A DNA stretch of 64,000 bases, from assembly GCA_964572725.1 (NCBI GenBank), contig CAZNFW010000004.1, positions 26,373 through 90,372 on the forward strand, read 5' to 3'. Positions within the stretch are counted from its first letter, which is position 1. Each line of letters begins with the position of its first letter. Shown here piece after piece: positions 57,346-64,000 of the stretch. The notes beneath the pieces were generated by a model. The model saw only the letters and a list, made by a program, of their open reading frames with translations, was not told where the DNA came from and did no database searches. The translations under genes and the position numbers were made by a program. The stretch is from an uncultured Melioribacter sp. Its GTDB lineage: Bacteria; Bacteroidota; Ignavibacteria; Ignavibacteriales; Melioribacteraceae.

Positions 57346-58509
57346 ATGAAAAAACAAAAACTCATGAAAAAGATTAACCCCGACTCAACAATAAAATTTT
57401 TTGTTTCTGTAATTGGACTGTTCATTATATTTTTTATTCTAAAAGAATTACGACACATCTTCATTCCTTTTGTAATCGCCTACATTTTATTTTTTGTTTT
57501 TGAACCAATGAATAATTTTTTAAAAGTAAGAAAAGTTCCTCTTGGCATTATTATCTTCATAGATATAATTATCACAATAGGGCTTTTTGTTGGAATATCA
57601 CAAATAATACTTACCTCATTTTTACAATTTGGAGAAAACATTTCTGTCTACACAGAAAAGTTGAGTCATATTATAAGAAACGTATCAAGGTCAATTGGTA
57701 TAAGAGACCCGCTTTTTACAAATTTTACAATGACCAAATTTCTTAGAACATTGAATTATGGAGATATTGCAAGCGGCATCTTTTCTTCAACGATTGATGT
57801 ATTTACAAATTTATTTCTAATTCTTTTCTTCTTCATTTTTATAAGCAGCGGACATGATAAAATTGTAGAAGCAATACGGCTTCGATATGTAGAGAAAAAT
57901 GTTAAATCAACAATTAAAAAATTGAGAAAAGAATTAAAACTGAAACAAGAACTCACAGATAGAGACGACGAATCTATCGATGAACAGCTTGCAACATTAA
58001 CAATTCAAAGAGAAATGAAACTTCGTAAGACTTTTAAGGATATTACAGAACAAATTCAAAAATATATAATCACTAAATTTCTAATCAGTCTTTCCCTTGG
58101 TTTTTTTATTGGAGTAATTCTATGGCTTTATGGGGTTGAGTTCTACATCGTCTGGGCTACAATTGCTGTTTTGCTTCATTTCATTCCAAACATCGGGTCG
58201 GTTATTGCTGTTATTCTGCCTGCATTAATGACACTTATTCAGTATGAATCTTTTGGATATGCACTTCTTGTAACTGCTACAATAATTGTTATTCAAAATA
58301 TTATAGGAAACATCATAGAGCCTCAAATATTTGGTAACAAACTTGGTTTAAACCCGCTTATAATTTTATTTTCTTTAATGGTCTGGGGCTATCTATGGGG
58401 AATAGTGGGAATGTTTTTATCAGTACCACTTACGGCAGTATTAAAAATTATCATTTCAAATTCGTCATCAAAAAACATGCGTTTTATTACAAATCTTATG
58501 AGTAATTAA
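57346..58509 (+). CDS. AI-2E family transporter (PerM/YhhT, UPF0118)
   Basis: It has the multi-TM layout, with a conserved C-terminal region (HFIPNIGSVIA ... IEPQIFGNKLGLNPL ... GMFLSVPLTA). I prefer the ATG at 57346. It contains a charged insertion of about 60 aa. Confidence 0.85.
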   Translation: MKKQKLMKKINPDSTIKFFVSVIGLFIIFFILKELRHIFIPFVIAYILFFVFEPMNNFLKVRKVPLGIIIFIDIIITIGLFVGISQIILTSFLQFGENISVYTEKLSHIIRNVSRSIGIRDPLFTNFTMTKFLRTLNYGDIASGIFSSTIDVFTNLFLILFFFIFISSGHDKIVEAIRLRYVEKNVKSTIKKLRKELKLKQELTDRDDESIDEQLATLTIQREMKLRKTFKDITEQIQKYIITKFLISLSLGFFIGVILWLYGVEFYIVWATIAVLLHFIPNIGSVIAVILPALMTLIQYESFGYALLVTATIIVIQNIIGNIIEPQIFGNKLGLNPLIILFSLMVWGYLWGIVGMFLSVPLTAVLKIIISNSSSKNMRFITNLMSN

Positions 58510-58564
58510 TTCTTATAAACTTTTCTTTCATTATCTTTGCAATTACAAATAAAAATTTATTTTA

Positions 58565-60058
58565 ATGAAAGTTGCTTTTGTTTCAAGTGAAGTTTATCCC
58601 TATGCGAAAACTGGCGGACTTGCAGATGTTTCAGGTTCACTGCCTCTTGAGCTTTCTAAATTAGGTCACGAAGTTAAAATTTTTATGCCAAAGTATAATA
58701 CATTTGGCGAAGTTGAACATGGTTTATCTTATAGATGGGATATTGGAGAAATTCCTATCCGTGTTGCAGGCAAAGTTCATTCAGTTCATGTTCATACAGC
58801 AAAACTGCCTAATTCTAATCCTACAGAAAAATCAAATGTGGAAGTATATTTTGTTGATTGTCCTCATTACTTCCACCGATTTCGTATTTATACAAATGAT
58901 TACGATGAAGACGAAAGATTCATTCTTTTTTCTAAAGGTGTTATTGAAATATTGCAAAGACTCCAATGGGCACCTGATGTAATTCATTGTAACGATTGGC
59001 AGACTGCATTAATTCCAATTCTTATTAGAGAAAATTATGGATGGGACAAATTATTTGAAAAAACCGCAACTGTTTTTACCATCCACAATATTGCATATCA
59101 AGGAAGATTTGCAAAAGATGCATTTTCAAAAGCAGAAATCAGATATGAACATTATCTCTATGGCGGAATAGGCGAATATTATGGCGATGTAAATTTTTTA
59201 AAGACTGCCATTTTCACAGCTGACGTATTAAACACTGTAAGCGAAACTTATGCAAAAGAACTTCTTACACCCGAATACGGCGAAGGCATGCATGAATATT
59301 TACAGATGAGAAAAGATGATTTCTATGGTATTCTAAATGGAGTAGACTATAATATCTGGAATCCCGAAATCGATAAATTTATTCCATATAACTATTCTAT
59401 AAATGATTTATCAGAAAAAATAAAAAACAAAAAATTTCTTCTAGAACATATCAATTTTTCATTTAATGAAAACATTCCTCTGATTGCAATGATTTCTCGA
59501 TTTGTCTCTCAAAAAGGTTTTGATATTTTAGCTTATGTAATTAATGAACTGATGAGTTTAAATGCTCAATGGATTATACTTGGAAGCGGTGAGCAAAGAT
59601 ATGAAGAACTCTTTTATTATATCTCGCATAAATTTCCAGATAAACTTCATGCATATATTGGTTATAACAATGAGCTTGCACATTTGATTGAAGCAGGAGC
59701 AGATATTTTTCTTATGCCTTCAAGATATGAACCATGCGGTCTCAATCAAATTTACTCCTTAAAATATGGAACAGTCCCCGTTGTAAGAAAAACAGGAGGT
59801 CTTGCAGATACTGTGCAGGATTGGAATGAGTATTTAGCAATGGGACAGGAAATTGGTACTGGTTATTCATTCTGGGACTATTCAGGTCATGCTTTATTAG
59901 ATACTGTTAAACGAGCTTTGAATGACTTTCAATTAAAAGACGTCTGGAAAAAAATTCAAATAAATGGAATGAATAAGGATTACTCGTGGAAAAAATCTGC
60001 AGAAAAATATATTCAACTTTACAAAAAAGCTATCCAAAAAAAGAAAAGCATTTATTAA
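58565..60058 (+). CDS. glgA: Glycogen (starch) synthase
   Basis: It has the N-terminal motif SEVYPYAKTGGLADV and the C-terminal PSRYEPCGLNQ and GTVPVVRKTGGLADTV motifs. Confidence 0.95.
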   Translation: MKVAFVSSEVYPYAKTGGLADVSGSLPLELSKLGHEVKIFMPKYNTFGEVEHGLSYRWDIGEIPIRVAGKVHSVHVHTAKLPNSNPTEKSNVEVYFVDCPHYFHRFRIYTNDYDEDERFILFSKGVIEILQRLQWAPDVIHCNDWQTALIPILIRENYGWDKLFEKTATVFTIHNIAYQGRFAKDAFSKAEIRYEHYLYGGIGEYYGDVNFLKTAIFTADVLNTVSETYAKELLTPEYGEGMHEYLQMRKDDFYGILNGVDYNIWNPEIDKFIPYNYSINDLSEKIKNKKFLLEHINFSFNENIPLIAMISRFVSQKGFDILAYVINELMSLNAQWIILGSGEQRYEELFYYISHKFPDKLHAYIGYNNELAHLIEAGADIFLMPSRYEPCGLNQIYSLKYGTVPVVRKTGGLADTVQDWNEYLAMGQEIGTGYSFWDYSGHALLDTVKRALNDFQLKDVWKKIQINGMNKDYSWKKSAEKYIQLYKKAIQKKKSIY

Positions 60059-60082
60059 TAATCACCTAAAAAGTTAATACCT

Positions 60083-61237
60083 ATGAAAACTACTCAGACT
60101 ATAATATTTTTTTCAATTGTATTTTCAATTTATGGGCTAATAAATTTTTACATTGCAAAAAGAATTATTTCAGTTGTTCCTGATAACTTAAAAAACCTCT
60201 CAATTATAGTTTTAGTTTTTCTAATTCTTTCTTACATAGCTGGCCGAATACTCGAAAACTACTGGGTTTCTTACATTAGTGATTTTTTAATATGGTGTGG
60301 TTCTTTCTGGATTGCTGTTATGTTTTATTCTTTTCTATTCTTATTTGCAATTGATTTGATTAGAATATTAAATCATTTCCTGCAGTTCTTTCCTTCTTTT
60401 ATAACAGAAAATCCAGATAAGGTGAAAAAGTTTCTAACAGCATGTGTTTCAATTTTAGTTTTTATCTTAATTATGGGGGGATATTTTACTTCAAAAATTA
60501 TAAACATTCGTAAATACGAAATATTTATAAATAAAAAAGCTGGCAACTTAAAATCACTAAATATTGTAATGGCATCAGATTTACATCTTGGAACTATTAA
60601 CGGAAAAATGTTTGCATACAAAATTGTTGACAAAATAAACAAACTCAATCCCGATATAATCCTTTTTGCTGGAGATATAATTGATGAAGATATAAAACCA
60701 GTCTTAAAAGACAATGTTGGAGAGGCATTATTCGAACTTAAGGCTAAATATGGAATTTTTGGAATAACTGGTAATCACGAATATATTGGAGGAGTAGACG
60801 ATGCTGTCAATTATCTGAATGCTCACAAAATTCAAATGATAAGAGACAGTTCAATTTTAATTGACAAAGCATTTTATATTATCGGCAGAGAAGACCGTTC
60901 AATAAACAGATTTTCAGAAAAAACCAGAAAAGAATTAAGTGAATTAGTAAAAGATGTTGACAAATCACTTCCAATTATTTTGATGGATCATCAGCCGTTT
61001 CATTTAGAAGAAGCAGAGCAAAATGGGATCGATTTACAATTATCCGGTCATACTCATTATGGTCAGCTTTGGCCATTGAATTATATAATAAAAAAAATTT
61101 ATGAATTACCGTGGGGATACAAATTAAAAGGCAGCACACATTACTATGTTTCATGCGGCGCCGGTGGATGGGGTCCGCCGATAAGATTAGGAAGTCTTCC
61201 TGAAATTGTAAATATCAAACTTCATTTTAATGAATAG
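60083..61237 (+). CDS. Membrane-anchored calcineurin-like metallophosphoesterase
   Basis: It has four N-terminal TM helices, then the DLHLG, GDIID, GNHEY and GHTH motifs. Confidence 0.85.
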   Translation: MKTTQTIIFFSIVFSIYGLINFYIAKRIISVVPDNLKNLSIIVLVFLILSYIAGRILENYWVSYISDFLIWCGSFWIAVMFYSFLFLFAIDLIRILNHFLQFFPSFITENPDKVKKFLTACVSILVFILIMGGYFTSKIINIRKYEIFINKKAGNLKSLNIVMASDLHLGTINGKMFAYKIVDKINKLNPDIILFAGDIIDEDIKPVLKDNVGEALFELKAKYGIFGITGNHEYIGGVDDAVNYLNAHKIQMIRDSSILIDKAFYIIGREDRSINRFSEKTRKELSELVKDVDKSLPIILMDHQPFHLEEAEQNGIDLQLSGHTHYGQLWPLNYIIKKIYELPWGYKLKGSTHYYVSCGAGGWGPPIRLGSLPEIVNIKLHFNE

Positions 61238-61244
61238 CTAATGT

Positions 61245-63035
61245 TTATAATGCTGTTCTTGTAATTTCCTGTTCTTTGTATTGAAGTTGATAGAGCCTGT
61301 AATATATACCGCGTTTTGCAAGAAGTTCCTGATGAGTTCCAATTTCTTTTAATTCACCTTTATGCATTACAATTATTTTATCTGCATTTTGAATAGTTGA
61401 CAATCTGTGTGCAATTACAATTGAAGTTCTGCCAGCTAAAAGTTTTTCAATGGCATTTTGAATTAACTCTTCTGTTTCTGTATCAACACTCGATGTAGCT
61501 TCATCTAAAATTAGAATTTGAGGATTATAAGCAAGGGCTCGAGCAAATGAAATTAATTGACGCTGTCCAACACTAAGAGTTGCACCTTTTTCTTTAACCT
61601 CTTCGTTGTATCCATTTGGCAATTTTGAAATAAAATCGTGAGCACCAACTGTTTTTGCAGCTTCGATAATTTGTTCATCTGAAATATTTTCCGCACCAAG
61701 CGAAATATTAGATTTGATAGTGCCAGAAAACAAAAAAACATCCTGTAAAACAACTGAAATATATTTTCGCAGATTATGCTTATCTAAATGTCGAATGTCA
61801 ATTCCATCAATTGTGATGCTTCCTTTTTCGATTTCATAAAATCGAGTCAGAATATTTATGAGACTTGTTTTACCAGCTCCAGTGGCACCTACGATAGCAA
61901 CTGTTTCGCCTGAATTAATTTTGAACGAAATATTTTTCAAAACATACTCGCCATCATTATATGCAAACCAGACATTTTTAAATTCTATCTCTCCTTTTAC
62001 ACTGTTTAGTATAATTGGTTTATCAGGATTTTTGATAAATGTTTTATCATCAAGCAGTTTGAAAATTCTTTCGGAAGAAGCCATAGCTGTTTGAAGAATA
62101 TTGTATTTTTCTGAAAGATCTCTTACAGGCCGCCAAAACATTTCTGTATATTGAAGAAAAGCAAACAGTACTCCAATAGTTAATTGTTTTTGAATTACCT
62201 CGCCGCCCCCATACCAAATAATCAATCCAATTGTAATAGAACTTAACAATTCAACGAATGGGAAAAAAACTGCATAATAAAACACCGACTTAATATTTGC
62301 ATTTCTGTAATCAGCGTTAATTGCAGAAAATTTTTTTAATTCATCTTGTTCTTTAACAAAATTTTGAACAATGTTCATTCCTGTAACATGTTCCTGCATG
62401 TATGAATTTAATCTTGCTAAATGATAACGAACATCACGATATGCTTCCCGAACTTTTTTTCTAAATAAAAATGTAGCATAGAAAAGAATTGGGATTACTG
62501 ACATTGTTACTAAAGCTAAATCCCACGATAATGAAAACATAAAAACAAAAATCCACACGATTACAAAAATGTCGCTGAATACAGCAACGATACCTGATGA
62601 GAACATTTCATTTAGAGATTCAACATCATTTGTTACTCGTGTAACAATTCTTCCAATTGGGGTTTTGTCAAAAAATTTCAAAGCTAGTTTTTGAACATGC
62701 GAGAATATTTCTACCCGCAAATCAAATATAATTTTTTGTCCCATTAATTCAGTATAATAGGTAAGAAAGTATTGAACCACTGCCTGAAAAAAGAGAGATG
62801 CAAATAAAATTAAGCTTATAAAAATCAATCCATTCCAATCCTTTGCAGAGATGTAATTATCAACTGCAACTTTAGTTAAATATGGGCGCAGAGGTCCTAA
62901 TGCAGCAACGAGAATGTTGAGAAGTATTGCAAGCACTACATATTTTTTATATGGCTTGACATACTCAAGCAAACGCCTCATTAATTTTGAGTCGTATGCT
63001 TTGCCTAATATTTCATCACCGAAATCTGATGCCAT
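61245..63035 (-). CDS. ABC transporter, fused permease/ATPase exporter (MsbA/multidrug type)
   Basis: It has six TM helices, Walker A GATGAGKTS, the signature LSVGQRQ, and Walker B ILILDEATS. Confidence 0.9.
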   Translation of the reverse strand: MASDFGDEILGKAYDSKLMRRLLEYVKPYKKYVVLAILLNILVAALGPLRPYLTKVAVDNYISAKDWNGLIFISLILFASLFFQAVVQYFLTYYTELMGQKIIFDLRVEIFSHVQKLALKFFDKTPIGRIVTRVTNDVESLNEMFSSGIVAVFSDIFVIVWIFVFMFSLSWDLALVTMSVIPILFYATFLFRKKVREAYRDVRYHLARLNSYMQEHVTGMNIVQNFVKEQDELKKFSAINADYRNANIKSVFYYAVFFPFVELLSSITIGLIIWYGGGEVIQKQLTIGVLFAFLQYTEMFWRPVRDLSEKYNILQTAMASSERIFKLLDDKTFIKNPDKPIILNSVKGEIEFKNVWFAYNDGEYVLKNISFKINSGETVAIVGATGAGKTSLINILTRFYEIEKGSITIDGIDIRHLDKHNLRKYISVVLQDVFLFSGTIKSNISLGAENISDEQIIEAAKTVGAHDFISKLPNGYNEEVKEKGATLSVGQRQLISFARALAYNPQILILDEATSSVDTETEELIQNAIEKLLAGRTSIVIAHRLSTIQNADKIIVMHKGELKEIGTHQELLAKRGIYYRLYQLQYKEQEITRTAL

Positions 63036-64000
63036 TATACAACTTTGTAGTAATTTTTATTTTCAAAAAATGAGATTATGTTTTCATAAGTAGTTTGCAG
63101 GATTCTTTCTATTGCTTCGTGTGAGTCAAATGCCATGTGGGGTGTAATAATAACATTTTCTCTTCTTAGCAATAAATTTCTTTTTAATAATGCTTCAATA
63201 TTTTCTTTGGATACATTTTTTGTAAGCATTTGATTTTCTTCCTTTAATAATTCTTCTCCTTCAAAAACATCCAAACCTGCCCCTCCAAAAATTCCTTTAT
63301 CAATTGCATAATAAAGCGCTGCAGGTTCTATAATTCCACTCCGAGCAGTATTAATAAACAATACACCTTTTTTTACTTTATCAATATTTTTCATATTAAT
63401 CATATGATGGGTGCTTTCATTATAAGGACAGTGCAGTGTAATAATATCAGATGAAGCAAGTAGTTCATCTAAAGTTACGTATTTAAAATCCAACAGTTCC
63501 TCGAGTATATGATTTTTCCTGACATCATAAGCAATCACATTCATTCCAAAACCTTTTGCAATTTTCATTACATGAACACCGATGCTTCCTGCTCCAATAA
63601 CTCCTATTGTTTTTCCTCGCAGGTCAAATCCTCTTAATCCTTCAAGTGAAAAGTTGCTCTGCTGTGAACGAATGTAAGCTTTATGCAAATTTCTTGACAA
63701 TGCAAGAATTAATGCAAATGTATGTTCGGCTACTGTGTTCTCACCATAATATGGCACATTACACACGGAAATATTTTTCTTTTTAGCATATTCAATATCA
63801 ATATGATTGTAACCTGTACTTCTCGTAGCAATTAGTTTAAGTTTTTTTGCCTTATCAATAATAGATTTATCCACATTATCATAAATAAATATCGATAGAA
63901 CATCTATATCTTTAAGAACAGGTGAATTTAAGGATAATTCTTCTTTGAAAAAGAATAATTCATATTTACTTTTATCAAATTTTTTGTTTAAGTAATTTTT
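63035..64000 (-). CDS. D-isomer-specific 2-hydroxyacid dehydrogenase (lactate/glycerate dehydrogenase-like); the 5' end lies outside the window
   Basis: It has the NAD loop GVIGAGSIG and the catalytic region TPHMAF. The frame stays open from 63875 to the window edge (my translation: KNYLNKKFDKSKYELFFFKEELSLNSPVLKDIDVLSIFIYDN), so the GTG at 63874 is probably not the real start. Confidence 0.85.
   Translation of the reverse strand, partial: KNYLNKKFDKSKYELFFFKEELSLNSPVLKDIDVLSIFIYDNVDKSIIDKAKKLKLIATRSTGYNHIDIEYAKKKNISVCNVPYYGENTVAEHTFALILALSRNLHKAYIRSQQSNFSLEGLRGFDLRGKTIGVIGAGSIGVHVMKIAKGFGMNVIAYDVRKNHILEELLDFKYVTLDELLASSDIITLHCPYNESTHHMINMKNIDKVKKGVLFINTARSGIIEPAALYYAIDKGIFGGAGLDVFEGEELLKEENQMLTKNVSKENIEALLKRNLLLRRENVIITPHMAFDSHEAIERILQTTYENIISFFENKNYYKVV

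Noticed and set aside
1-64000. I looked for CRISPR arrays, tRNA or rRNA genes, transposases, integrases, prophage genes, toxin-antitoxin pairs and recognisable defence systems.
   Set aside because: I saw no short regularly spaced direct repeats, no T-loop/anticodon-arm patterns in the intergenic gaps, and no ORF with recombinase, transposase or nuclease-defence motifs. The only tandem repeat is the protein-coding 246-nt array.

Overview
This is a visibly AT-rich chromosomal segment, roughly one-third G+C by eye (not computed). It carries about 55 tightly packed CDS. I found no rRNA, tRNA, CRISPR array, transposase, integrase or phage gene. Three proteins end in NYPNPFNP-type type IX secretion (T9SS) C-terminal sorting domains, TAnnTTTG -7 boxes sit upstream of several genes, and the gene content points to the FCB superphylum. 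Ignavibacteria-like is my guess, not a demonstrated assignment. Housekeeping genes are valS, aspS, glnA, pdxB, trmB, glgA, a slyD-like gene, and nadB-nadC-nadA-yjjX. Envelope and transport genes include an RND pump with its adaptor, a TonB-dependent receptor, POT, MFS, NhaA, an ABC exporter, an AI-2E transporter and a CcmB-like permease. The most unusual part is a sigma-54-centred signalling island at about 35.9-51.0 kb. It holds two operons. One encodes a PAS histidine kinase, an NtrC-type enhancer-binding protein (EBP), a STAS protein and a REC-PP2C phosphatase. The other encodes a repeat lipoprotein, a GAF-EBP, a Hanks kinase with PEGA domains, a T9SS Kelch propeller and a TPR-like membrane protein. 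A perfect TGGCAC-N5-TTGC sigma-54 promoter lies just downstream of the second operon. About 30 nt into its predicted transcript there is a strong intrinsic terminator, and a second STAS paralogue follows. This suggests a sigma-54-dependent small RNA or attenuator coupled to a partner-switching-like module with no RsbW kinase or anti-sigma factor in view. All functional calls come from reading motifs in the supplied translations, and no database search was run.
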